A stretch of DNA of 33,591 nucleotides from positions 1 to 33,591 of IMG/VR virus record IMGVR_UViG_3300011338_000415; one strand, written 5' to 3'. Of the stretch, positions 8,586-16,926 are shown piece by piece (position 1 is the stretch's first letter; each line of letters begins with the position of its first letter). Below the pieces are notes generated by a model. The model searched no databases. It was not told the DNA's origin and saw only the letters and a program-made list of their open reading frames with translations. Origin of the DNA: a virus (lineage: Duplodnaviria > Caudoviricetes). Both the position numbers and the translations under genes were made by a program.

Positions 8586-8608
8586 GGGGAGCAGCATCCT
8601 ACACTGCA
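8586..8608 (+). promoter_or_regulatory. GGGG-hairpin intergenic element, copy 1
   Basis: GGGGA-GCAG-catcctaca-CTGC; GC-rich island; related to 17121..17140. Confidence 0.45.
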
Positions 8609-8630
8609 TTAACTTTTAAAAAACAAAATT

Positions 8631-8846
8631 ATGAAAACACTTTGGGAAAAATTATCATTAGAAAACAAAAGTAAATTATTACTTTACAAACAACAATACC
8701 CATATTCCGGTATGGCTTTAATTACTAAACTTGAGCAAGAAGTTAGTTTTACAAATTTATCGGTAGAAAATGCTTATAGGTTATTACAAGAAACAACTGG
8801 CAAGGAAATTACTATTACAAATTTAAATGAATTATTTTATGCGTAA
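8631..8846 (+). CDS. Hypothetical protein
   Basis: 71-aa ORF with good start context. Confidence 0.7.
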   Translation: MKTLWEKLSLENKSKLLLYKQQYPYSGMALITKLEQEVSFTNLSVENAYRLLQETTGKEITITNLNELFYA

Positions 8847-9048
8847 CGTTTTAAACAGAACAGATTTAGAAGATTTAGCAGTAGACATTCACGAATTATA
8901 TTGTAGTGAAGCTGTAGATTATGAAGTAATGGAGCAAACTGAAATAGGTTTAGCTTTTATTAAAATTGAAGATTATTTAACAAAATTAGAAAAGCAAAAT
9001 AGAGAATTAGAAAAAATGATTGAACAACTTAAAAATCAAATAAAATGA
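8839..9048 (+). CDS. Hypothetical protein with C-terminal coiled coil
   Basis: Probable start MRNVLN at 8839; ATGA overlap with next gene. Confidence 0.65.
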   Translation: MRNVLNRTDLEDLAVDIHELYCSEAVDYEVMEQTEIGLAFIKIEDYLTKLEKQNRELEKMIEQLKNQIK

Positions 9049-9299
9049 CACCAAAAGAAAAGGCTTGGGAAATTTTTTATAAATTTAAAACAATTCCTGA
9101 CAAGTGGAAAGATGAAAAAGTATTCCAAAACTATTATGCCAAACAATGTGCATTAATAGCAGTTGATGAAATATTGAGTATAAGACCTGGAAGCCCTTAT
9201 CCTCAAGATGTAGGATTAGTAGTAAATGGTGTTTATAATATAATAAACTACCCTGAAAAATATTGGCAAGAAGTTAAACAAGAAATAGAAAAATTATAA
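9045..9299 (+). CDS. Hypothetical phage protein (MTPKEKA...CALIAVDEI...YWQEVKQEIEKL type)
   Basis: Motif pattern I recognise from aquatic Bacteroidota phage proteins; function unknown. Confidence 0.7.
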   Translation: MTPKEKAWEIFYKFKTIPDKWKDEKVFQNYYAKQCALIAVDEILSIRPGSPYPQDVGLVVNGVYNIINYPEKYWQEVKQEIEKL

Positions 9300-9301
9300 T
9301 T

Positions 9302-9517
9302 ATGGCAAATGCAATCGAACAATTATTAAGACAAACTAAATTAACTGCATATCGGTTAAGTATTTACACAGGAGTAAGCCCACAAGCATTACACTATCAA
9401 AAGAAAAAAGAGTATAATTTAAAAGAAGCTGTAAACCTTGCTAAAATACTTAAACAAAAAGGAATACTTAAAAAAGATTTGGTATTAGTAGAAAATGAAA
9501 TTATAACTAAAATTTAA
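9302..9517 (+). CDS. Cro/XRE-like helix-turn-helix regulator
   Basis: LTAYRLSIYTGVSPQALHY fits the HTH pattern; 71 aa, basic. Confidence 0.7.
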   Translation: MANAIEQLLRQTKLTAYRLSIYTGVSPQALHYQKKKEYNLKEAVNLAKILKQKGILKKDLVLVENEIITKI

Positions 9518-9521
9518 AATT

Positions 9522-9611
9522 ATGAAGTATTTATTAATATGGTTAGGATATGAATTTATAAGACCAAAATTAATTTGGTTATTTAATTATTTAGCAAGTA
9601 AAGGACAATAA
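9522..9611 (+). CDS. Small hydrophobic peptide (29 aa)
   Basis: Hand-translated MKYLLIWLGYEFIRPKLIWLFNYLASKGQ; AAATTATG start. Confidence 0.55.
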   Translation: MKYLLIWLGYEFIRPKLIWLFNYLASKGQ

Positions 9612-9692
9612 AAAAAAACAAATTTAGATAATATTTGTTACAAAAAAATATAATAAAATAAGGTTGTAACCTTAAAAAAATATAATAAAATT

Positions 9693-9974
9693 ATGAAAAA
9701 CAGATTAACAAATTATTTTAACATTTTATTTAATGTTAAAAACCAATCAGAAAATTTACAAGATTTAAAAGCAATTATTTTTAGAGATAAAACAACTGCT
9801 GAAAGTATTAATTTATTTTTAGAATTAAAACGTGATTTTGAAGAGGAATTATCTAAACGTAAATTAGAAGCAATAAACGAAAATAATAACGTTAGTAGTT
9901 ATTTTAATCGTAGAGCAAATTTGCCTTACACAACAGTAAAAGATGCAGTATTTAACCAACCAATACAAAACTAA
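9693..9974 (+). CDS. Hypothetical protein
   Basis: 93-aa ORF with AAATTATG start. Confidence 0.7.
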   Translation: MKNRLTNYFNILFNVKNQSENLQDLKAIIFRDKTTAESINLFLELKRDFEEELSKRKLEAINENNNVSSYFNRRANLPYTTVKDAVFNQPIQN

Positions 9975-9975
9975 T

Positions 9976-10248
9976 ATGAAACTAAATAACAATAAAAAGC
10001 ATAATTTAAGTACACATAAAATAGCTACTTTAACTTATTTATTAATTACAGAGTTAAATGATATAGGTGCTAATAGTTTTTTAGCAAAAGAAATTATAGA
10101 GAAAGGTAAAGAATTAGAAGATTCTTTAGAGCCTATGATGGAAGCAATTTTTGAAAGTAAACAAATATCTAAAGGTACTTATTTAAACCAATTAGGGCAT
10201 CAAGTAGATACGGTTATTAGAAGAAATTACACAATAATAACTGAATAA
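9976..10248 (+). CDS. Hypothetical protein
   Basis: Probable start MKLNNN at 9976, 1 nt after the upstream stop. Confidence 0.65.
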   Translation: MKLNNNKKHNLSTHKIATLTYLLITELNDIGANSFLAKEIIEKGKELEDSLEPMMEAIFESKQISKGTYLNQLGHQVDTVIRRNYTIITE

Positions 10249-10250
10249 AG

Positions 10251-10292
10251 TAATAAAATATTTTTTTATTAAATAAATTATATTTACATTTG
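10251..10292 (+). promoter_or_regulatory. Promoter of recombination operon with operator-like palindrome
   Basis: Perfect TAATAAAA-N5-TTTTATTA at 10251 and TACATTTG at 10285-10292. Confidence 0.75.
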
Positions 10293-10320
10293 CAATATTA
10301 TTAACATAAACAAAAATATT

Positions 10321-10824
10321 ATGAGTAAAGAAAAAAAACACCATTACAGAAATGTATTTAAGTCAGACCATTTGGGAAGTGCTGATTTAGAAGATTTAAT
10401 TGAACAAGGTAGTAATCTATGTTTTACAATTAGAGAAGTTAAACAAGAATTTGGAGCAAAAGTAGCAGGTAAAAAAGGAGATTTTAATATTGCTTATTTT
10501 GTTGAACCAATTAAACCTTTAGTTTTAAATGCAACAAATTCAAAAATAATTAGGTCTTTTGCCGGTAATAATTCATTTGTAGAAAATTGGAAAAACATAG
10601 CAATAGAATTATATATAGATGAAAACGTAAGAGCTGTTACTGGAGGCATAACACAAGGTGTTAGAATTAGACCAATACAACCTCGTATTAAAGTTAAACA
10701 AGATTTTATAGTAGATATGTTTGATAGAGCTAAAAATGCTGGAGCTACAATAGAAAAAATAAAAACTACTTACAATGTAACACCGGAAATTGAAAAAAAA
10801 TATAACGATTATGTTACAACGTAG
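10321..10824 (+). CDS. Putative single-strand annealing / recombination protein
   Basis: Positional only: directly upstream of exonuclease and SSB-like genes; no RecT/ERF/Sak motif recognised. Confidence 0.45.
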   Translation: MSKEKKHHYRNVFKSDHLGSADLEDLIEQGSNLCFTIREVKQEFGAKVAGKKGDFNIAYFVEPIKPLVLNATNSKIIRSFAGNNSFVENWKNIAIELYIDENVRAVTGGITQGVRIRPIQPRIKVKQDFIVDMFDRAKNAGATIEKIKTTYNVTPEIEKKYNDYVTT

Positions 10825-11428
10825 TAATGATTGGTTTGAAGCTCGTAAAGGTAGATTTACAGCTTCAGAAATCCATAAACTTTTAGGTGTTCGTGGATTA
10901 GGGCAAACAGGAGAAAGTTATATATTTGAGAAAGCAATAGAAGATGTTTTTGGTTTAGATGAAGAAAATAATTTTACATCTTTTGATATGCAAAGAGGTG
11001 TTGCTTTAGAACCTTTAGCTTTTAGAAAGTTTAAAGAAATAAAAGAATTTGAATTTTTAGATGTACAAGAAACTTCATTTTTTTCTTATGGTTTAGATGC
11101 TGGTGCTTCTCCAGATGGTTTAGTTGGAAACAATGCAATTTTAGAAATTAAATGCCCAAGACCAACAAAATTTTTTAATTTAGTAGCTAAAGGTTATGAT
11201 GCTATTGATAAAGAATACATTGCACAAATGCAAATGCAAATAATGTGTACAAATTCTGAAAAAGCATATTTTTTTAATTACATTATTTTTAATGGAGTTG
11301 AAATGTGGCACGAAATAGAAATTAATCGTGATGAAAAAATGATTGATTTAATTAAAGAAAGAATTGAACAAGCAATAAAAATTAAAAACGAGTACAAAGA
11401 ATATTTAATAACAAATAAACAATTTTAA
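10811..11428 (+). CDS. YqaJ / lambda-exonuclease-family nuclease
   Basis: QRS.DW...R....TASE, G...E, ASPDG, LEIKCP, Y..QMQ.Q; probable ATG 10811. Confidence 0.92.
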   Translation: MLQRSNDWFEARKGRFTASEIHKLLGVRGLGQTGESYIFEKAIEDVFGLDEENNFTSFDMQRGVALEPLAFRKFKEIKEFEFLDVQETSFFSYGLDAGASPDGLVGNNAILEIKCPRPTKFFNLVAKGYDAIDKEYIAQMQMQIMCTNSEKAYFFNYIIFNGVEMWHEIEINRDEKMIDLIKERIEQAIKIKNEYKEYLITNKQF

Positions 11429-11429
11429 A

Positions 11430-11783
11430 ATGAGTGAAGTAATTGGTAGTATTATCCATATTGGAAATACAGAATTAGTAGGAAGTGCAGGTACTTTCAA
11501 AAAAAGATTATTAGTAGTTAAAACAAATGAGCAATACGCTCAAGAAGTGCCTATTGATTTTGTACAAGACAAATGCGAAGTATTAGATAAATATGCATTA
11601 GGAGATAATGTAAAGGTAGCTATTAATATTCGTGGTAATAAGTACAATGATAAATGGTATTGCTCTTTAAATGGATGGAGAATAGATAAAGAAAGTACAG
11701 AAAGTGTAATTAATACACAAGTAGAAACTTTTACAGCACCATCAGAAGTATTACAACAAGCTGAAAACGACTTACCGTTTTAA
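11430..11783 (+). CDS. DUF3127-family OB-fold, SSB-like protein
   Basis: FKKR..V..T.EQY.Q...F.QDK, NIRG...W..SL.GWRI; acidic tail ending DLPF. Confidence 0.85.
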   Translation: MSEVIGSIIHIGNTELVGSAGTFKKRLLVVKTNEQYAQEVPIDFVQDKCEVLDKYALGDNVKVAINIRGNKYNDKWYCSLNGWRIDKESTESVINTQVETFTAPSEVLQQAENDLPF

Positions 11784-11792
11784 AAATTGTTA

Positions 11793-11822
11793 ATAAAAAC
11801 CTACTATTAATTTAGTAGGTTT
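11793..11822. terminator. Hairpin/terminator after recombination operon
   Basis: aaacctacta-ttaatt-tagtaggttt; longer U-tract on the minus strand. Confidence 0.7.
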
Positions 11823-11834
11823 AAATTTATTTTT

Positions 11835-11842
11835 TATATTTG
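11835..11842 (+). promoter_or_regulatory. Bacteroidota -7 promoter box of replication operon
   Basis: TATATTTG. Confidence 0.7.
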
Positions 11843-11846
11843 CAAA

Positions 11847-11945
11847 GTAATGAAGTGAGAAGCATTGCAAATTTATTGAAAAAATTATACAAAATCCTAT
11901 TAGGAAAGCACTTCTCACAATACTGCTGACTTAATGGGATTTTTT
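11847..11945 (+). ncRNA. Structured leader RNA: two hairpins with complementary loops
   Basis: Loop GTGAGAAG (11855-62) complementary to loop CTTCTCAC (11911-18); 14-bp basal stem with G.U pairs and U-tract. Confidence 0.7.
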
Positions 11946-11984
11946 AATTTAATAGTTTATAGGTATCTTAAAACCTTTATTATT

Positions 11985-12209
11985 ATGGCAAAATTTGAAT
12001 TAAAATTTATTGATTATTTTAATCAAAATGGATTTATTAAATGTGAATTTACTGATTATGAAGATGGAGAGGATTTTATTATGATTTCCGGAGAATGTGA
12101 AGATGGTACTTTTGATATTTTTTTAGATAAATCTACTGCAATAAAATTTGCAAAAACACTTCGAACAGAAATTAATAAAATTACAGAAAGTGAGGTAAAT
12201 AATGGCTAA
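11985..12209 (+). CDS. Hypothetical acidic protein (74 aa)
   Basis: Probable start MAKFELKF at 11985; the track start at 11934 lies in the leader stem; overlaps initiator start. Confidence 0.7.
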   Translation: MAKFELKFIDYFNQNGFIKCEFTDYEDGEDFIMISGECEDGTFDIFLDKSTAIKFAKTLRTEINKITESEVNNG

Positions 12210-12882
12210 AGAACTTCCTTACTTTAAATTTGAACCAGCAGAATATTTAACTAAAGATATATCATTTTGTAGTTTATCTGCACAAGGTTTATTTATTAAT
12301 ATTTGCAGCTACTATTGGCAACGTAATTGTAAACTTACAAAAGAACAGCTTTTAAAACGTTTAAATCACGAAAATGAACTTAATGAACTTATACAAGAAG
12401 GTGTTATTGATTTAATAGATAATAATATTTTTATTAAATTTTTAGATAACCAACTTAATGAAGTTGAAATTAAAAGTAAAACTAATTCTATCAATGGTGG
12501 TAAGGGTGGTAGACCAAAAAAAAACCCAATTGAAAGCGAAATAAAACCGAAAGAAAACCCAAATAAAAGCGAAAGCATAAGCGAAACAAAAGGCATAAGA
12601 GAAGATAAGATAATAGAAGATAAAATAAAAGAAAATAATAGTAAGGCGAATTTAGAAATTCGCACACTCGCATTTAAAGAAAAATTAGTACCATTTAAAA
12701 ATAAATATTCTATTGACTTATTAAAAAACTTTTTTCAATATTGGACAGAACCAAATCACTCAAAAACTAAAATGCTTTTTGAATTACAAAAAACTTTTGA
12801 TATTGAACGTAGATTAGTAACTTGGGCAAGAAATGATAAAACATTTGCACCTAAACAAAAAATTAAAGAGGATAGATTATGA
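12202..12882 (+). CDS. Replication initiator (YdaU/DUF1376-like N-terminus)
   Basis: LPYFKF.P..YL, NG.KGGRPKK, low-complexity iteron region, C-terminal F..YW...RL.TW; upstream of helicase. Confidence 0.75.
   Translation: MAKELPYFKFEPAEYLTKDISFCSLSAQGLFINICSYYWQRNCKLTKEQLLKRLNHENELNELIQEGVIDLIDNNIFIKFLDNQLNEVEIKSKTNSINGGKGGRPKKNPIESEIKPKENPNKSESISETKGIREDKIIEDKIKENNSKANLEIRTLAFKEKLVPFKNKYSIDLLKNFFQYWTEPNHSKTKMLFELQKTFDIERRLVTWARNDKTFAPKQKIKEDRL
12522..12588 (+). repeat. 11-bp tandem iteron-like repeats (putative replication origin)
   Basis: aaacccaattg, aaagcgaaata, aaaccgaaaga, aaacccaaata, aaagcgaaagc, (a)taagcgaaaca. Confidence 0.65.
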
Positions 12883-13391
12883 TAACTACAGACGCACTTA
12901 AAAGATTAGCATTTACAATAGGTAAAGAAAATAAACCAAATCATACAGATAAAGTTGCATTAAATTCTATAATAAAATTTATTAACCTTTCAGATAAAAA
13001 AGCAGTACAAGAAAATATTTTATTTGCAAAACTTTATATATATTTATTAAAAGAATTTTTAGTACATTATAATTATGATATTGATTTTGCTAACAAACAA
13101 TTAAATAGAGAATTAATGATTCCTTTAAATGTTCATATAGAGTTATTAACTAATTATTTGAAGTCAGGAGAATTAAGCAGATTTTTTAAAGAAAAAGGTT
13201 TACAAGATGCATTTTATACAGATAAACCTTATTCAGAGCAAATAGAAATACATAAAGAAAATAAAGCAAAATTAAAAGATGTAGATATTAAAGAATGTAT
13301 GGAAGCTTTTGAATTTTGGGATAAAGATAATATAGAAGCTCAATTAAACAGAATTATTAACGAAGCACTAACACAATACAAAAATGATTGA
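12879..13391 (+). CDS. Hypothetical protein in replication module
   Basis: 170 aa, overlaps initiator and helicase genes. Confidence 0.7.
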   Translation: MITTDALKRLAFTIGKENKPNHTDKVALNSIIKFINLSDKKAVQENILFAKLYIYLLKEFLVHYNYDIDFANKQLNRELMIPLNVHIELLTNYLKSGELSRFFKEKGLQDAFYTDKPYSEQIEIHKENKAKLKDVDIKECMEAFEFWDKDNIEAQLNRIINEALTQYKND

Positions 13392-14217
13392 TTTATTAGA
13401 TTTAGGAGATAATAATATAGTTAGTGGTATTGACTATAAGAAAATATTTAAAGATGCTTTAATTGACCCGTCAGAGGAAATAAAACAGCAACCGATTGCA
13501 TTAAGTATAGGAGAAAGTAATTATAAAGGTGTAAGTTATCCTATTCCATTTGGAAGTTATGGTGATTTTAGTTGCATTGTAGGTGCTTCTAAAAGTAGAA
13601 AAACATTTTTTAAATCTATGATTGAAGCAGCTTTTATTGGTGGTAAATCAAACATTTACAATCCTAGTATTAAAGGGCATAATGGAGATAAAAAATTTGT
13701 ACTTTCATTTGATACAGAACAATCTCATTTTCACGCACAAAGAGTACAACGTAGAGTTTTGGAATTAATAGGTGGTAATTGTGATTTTTATAAAACATTT
13801 GGTTTAAGAGGTTACACACCAAAAGAAAGATTTGATTTTATTGATTGGGTAGTATTTGAAAGTGAATTTAAAGATAATATAGGTTTAATGTCTATTGATG
13901 GTTATGTAGATTTAGTTACTGATTTTAATAGTTTAGAACAAGCAACAGGTTTAACTGAAAAATTACTAAATTGGACTGCAAAGGGTAAAATGCATTGCAC
14001 AGGAATATTACATAAAAACTTTGGTACTGCAAAACCTGTAGGACACGTAGGAAGTAGTGTATTAAAAAAAGCAGAAACAGTAGTATTTGTAGAAAAAGAT
14101 GAAGATGATGTAACTGTAGTAAAATGTGAGTACTCAAGAAACCAACCATTTAAAGAAATTAAATTTAACGTAGATGATAACGATTGGCTACCTAAAGAAA
14201 TAAAAGATTTTATATAA
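13384..14217 (+). CDS. AAA_25 / RecA-like replicative helicase
   Basis: Variant Walker A GASKSRKT, FDTEQ, Walker B MSIDG, ILH.N, GH.GS...KKAE. Confidence 0.8.
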   Translation: MIDLLDLGDNNIVSGIDYKKIFKDALIDPSEEIKQQPIALSIGESNYKGVSYPIPFGSYGDFSCIVGASKSRKTFFKSMIEAAFIGGKSNIYNPSIKGHNGDKKFVLSFDTEQSHFHAQRVQRRVLELIGGNCDFYKTFGLRGYTPKERFDFIDWVVFESEFKDNIGLMSIDGYVDLVTDFNSLEQATGLTEKLLNWTAKGKMHCTGILHKNFGTAKPVGHVGSSVLKKAETVVFVEKDEDDVTVVKCEYSRNQPFKEIKFNVDDNDWLPKEIKDFI

Positions 14218-14219
14218 TT

Positions 14220-15068
14220 ATGAAAACAGTAAATAGTATAAGCGGTGGTAAAACTTCTGCTTACATAGCAAAACACTTCCCGGCTGATATAAATATTTTT
14301 TCATTAGTTAGAATTGATGATAAAGATAATCTTTGGATGAAAGGTAAAGATGAAAAAACAAGGCAATTAATATCTGATAAATTAGGAATTGAATTTATAG
14401 GAACTGCTGAAATGGATGAAATAATTTATACTATTTTAGATTTAGAACAACATATTGGTACTAACATAACTTGGATAACAGGTAAAAGTTTTGAAGAAGT
14501 AATTAAACAAAATTACAATTATTTGCCTAACAAAATGACAAGATATTGCACAGTAGAAATGAAACTAAAACCTATATTTAATTGGTTAAGAGAAAATACA
14601 GAGCTACCTGTAGAAATGAGAATAGGTTTTAGACCAAACGAATTAGCAAGAGCAGAAGGAGTTTTAAAACGTGCAGATGAAAATGGTTTAGAATTATTTG
14701 ATGCTGTTATAGGTAAAGCAGGTAGCAGAAATAAATGGGGAAAAGTACCATATAGATATTGCAAATTTCCTTTAATTGAAAATAATATAAATAAAGATAC
14801 AATTTATAATTATTGGGCAGATAAAAATGTTAGATTTGCATATAGAAATAATTGTGTAGGTTGTATAAATAGACAGCCATTAATGATTTCACATATGGCT
14901 ACAAAAGATATAGATAAAGTAAAATGGTTTGAGAAACAAGAATTAGAAACAGGAAATAGATTTTTATCAGATGTATCATTTAGTCAAATATTAAAATATA
15001 ATACTCAAGGTAATTTATTTACAGATGAAGATTTTAATGAATGTGATAGTGGTTTTTGTGGAATTTAA
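14220..15068 (+). CDS. PAPS-reductase-family (PP-loop adenine nucleotide alpha hydrolase) protein
   Basis: SISGGKTS PP-loop, R.CT..MK..P, IGFR..E..R, NCVGC, C-terminal ECDSGFCG. Confidence 0.85.
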   Translation: MKTVNSISGGKTSAYIAKHFPADINIFSLVRIDDKDNLWMKGKDEKTRQLISDKLGIEFIGTAEMDEIIYTILDLEQHIGTNITWITGKSFEEVIKQNYNYLPNKMTRYCTVEMKLKPIFNWLRENTELPVEMRIGFRPNELARAEGVLKRADENGLELFDAVIGKAGSRNKWGKVPYRYCKFPLIENNINKDTIYNYWADKNVRFAYRNNCVGCINRQPLMISHMATKDIDKVKWFEKQELETGNRFLSDVSFSQILKYNTQGNLFTDEDFNECDSGFCGI

Positions 15069-15077
15069 TTTAATACT

Positions 15078-15509
15078 ATGAATTTTGAAATAATTAGCGA
15101 GGTTAAAAACGGAAGTTTAACACGCAATCGAAATTTAATTAAAGATGCAATAGTAAGTTTTGAGGGTAAGCAAGTAGTAATAAAAATAGAAAAGTTTAAA
15201 AAGAAAAGAAGTACGCAGCAAAACAGATTTTATTACGGAGTGATTATTCCAATAGTACAAAATTGTTTAAAAGAAGCAGGGCATATAATGACAAACGAAA
15301 GCACTCACGATTTAATTAAACTAAAGTTTTTAAAAGAACCACTATTTGTAAATGAAGAAACAGGCGAAGTAATAGAACGAATAAAATCAACTACAGAACT
15401 TTCAACAAGTCAATTTATGGATTTACTCGCAGAAATAAACAACTTTACATTTGAATATTTTGGTGTTACGTTACCAAGTCCAAACGATGATTTAACTTTA
15501 AAATTATGA
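15078..15509 (+). CDS. NinB/Orf-like recombination accessory protein
   Basis: KRSTQQNRFYY, H...K..FL, STTELST..F, GVTLP.P motifs. Confidence 0.7.
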   Translation: MNFEIISEVKNGSLTRNRNLIKDAIVSFEGKQVVIKIEKFKKKRSTQQNRFYYGVIIPIVQNCLKEAGHIMTNESTHDLIKLKFLKEPLFVNEETGEVIERIKSTTELSTSQFMDLLAEINNFTFEYFGVTLPSPNDDLTLKL

Positions 15510-16054
15510 TAAAAAAAGTATATCAAAGAAAATGTGTGCAGTGCAAAGATAAATTTACACCGCAAAATAATACGCAAGTCGTTTGTTCTGTTTTTTGTTC
15601 AATACAATTTATGAAAAGTAAAAAAGCAAACGATTGGAAAAAAGAAAAGAAAGTATTGAAAGAAAAGTTAATGACAAAATCTGATTACTTAAATATTTGC
15701 CAAAAGGTTTTTAATACTTATATACGCACAAGGGATAAAGATAAAAATTGTATTAGCTGCAATAAAAAGTTAGTAGGTAAATACGATGCAGGGCATTTTT
15801 TTTCAGTAGGAGCTTATCCAAACTTACGCTTTAATGAAAATAATGTATTTGGGCAATGTGTTCACTGCAACAGAGATAAACACGGAAACGTAAAAGAATA
15901 CGATTTAAGACTTCAAAACATATTAAGCACAGAAGATTATAACCAACTATTAAACGATAGAAATAAACCTGCTTTATTAGGTATTGAAGATGTAAAAGAA
16001 TTAATAGCGATATACAAAGTAAAAACTAAAGAACTAATTAATGGCAAAATTTAA
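15506..16054 (+). CDS. ninG: NinG/Rap-family endonuclease
   Basis: C..C...F.P.....CS..C, FN.YIR.RD....CISC, DAGHF, N...QC..CN. Confidence 0.88.
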   Translation: MIKKVYQRKCVQCKDKFTPQNNTQVVCSVFCSIQFMKSKKANDWKKEKKVLKEKLMTKSDYLNICQKVFNTYIRTRDKDKNCISCNKKLVGKYDAGHFFSVGAYPNLRFNENNVFGQCVHCNRDKHGNVKEYDLRLQNILSTEDYNQLLNDRNKPALLGIEDVKELIAIYKVKTKELINGKI

Positions 16055-16274
16055 AAAAATAGAAAGTTTACAAGATACTAGTAAACAATATTATGAGCTT
16101 ATTAAACAAGGTTATAAAGTTTATCCAATTTACCATAAATATAAATGGTGGATTGAATATGAATATAAAGGAGAAATAACAAGATTTACAAAACCAATAT
16201 CATCAAACGAAATAAATTTATCAATAAACAAAACAATTATTCATTTATATAAAAACATAAACAATGACAATTAA
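16041..16274 (+). CDS. Hypothetical protein
   Basis: 77-aa ORF overlapping both neighbours. Confidence 0.65.
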   Translation: MAKFKKIESLQDTSKQYYELIKQGYKVYPIYHKYKWWIEYEYKGEITRFTKPISSNEINLSINKTIIHLYKNINNDN

Positions 16275-16836
16275 CGAAATAAAAGAAAATTTAGGTGTTG
16301 ACATAACACAAAAAAATAGAAAGCCAGTATTTGCAATTTTAAGAGCTTTATATGTTGAGCAGCAATATAAAGAATTAAAACATTTAAAACCTTCAGAAAT
16401 ACCAAGAATAATTTGTAAGGAAATAAATTGCGATAGAACAAATATTTACAACTACTTAAAAAAAGTAAAAAACTATAAATTTGATGTTGCTACTAAATTA
16501 ATAGTTAAAGCATTTAATACTAAAAATAAAAAATATTTAGATGAATATTATGCATATTTAAAAAAACAAAAAGATATTTATAATAGAAGATTTAAAGAAG
16601 ATAATATTTTTATTAGCCAAGTTGATAGTATTACAAAAATAAGTAAACCTGTTATTCCTAGAAAACCAAAAATTATAAAAAAGATGAATAACTTACAAGT
16701 TGCAAATTATTTAAAAGAAAATAAAATTTTTAAAGATTGCAAATATTGGGATAAAATGTTATGTAAATATACTAATGAAGATTGGGATGGCTTAAGAGAA
16801 ATTAACCCTAAAATGTTTGATAGTTACATAAAATAA
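16264..16836 (+). CDS. Putative DNA-binding protein (DnaA domain IV-like HTH)
   Basis: DITQKNRK....R...I.KEINCDRTNIYNYLK resembles the DnaA C-terminal HTH; very basic. Confidence 0.5.
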   Translation: MTINEIKENLGVDITQKNRKPVFAILRALYVEQQYKELKHLKPSEIPRIICKEINCDRTNIYNYLKKVKNYKFDVATKLIVKAFNTKNKKYLDEYYAYLKKQKDIYNRRFKEDNIFISQVDSITKISKPVIPRKPKIIKKMNNLQVANYLKENKIFKDCKYWDKMLCKYTNEDWDGLREINPKMFDSYIK

Positions 16837-16854
16837 AAAAAAAGTAAAAAAAAG

Positions 16855-16895
16855 TAGTAAAAAATTTTTTTATTAAAATAATGTTTATATATTTG
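16855..16895 (+). promoter_or_regulatory. Early promoter with operator-like palindrome
   Basis: 24 bp identical to 8282..8305; TATATTTG at 16888-16895. Confidence 0.75.
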
Positions 16896-16926
16896 TCAAA
16901 GAAATAACAACTAAAAAATATAAATT

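Noticed and set aside
9612-9692. Possible promoter/operator (AATATTTG; gttacaa...ttgtaac inverted repeat)
   Set aside because: The box does not match TAnnTTTG, and the 7-bp arms are seen once only in very AT-rich DNA.
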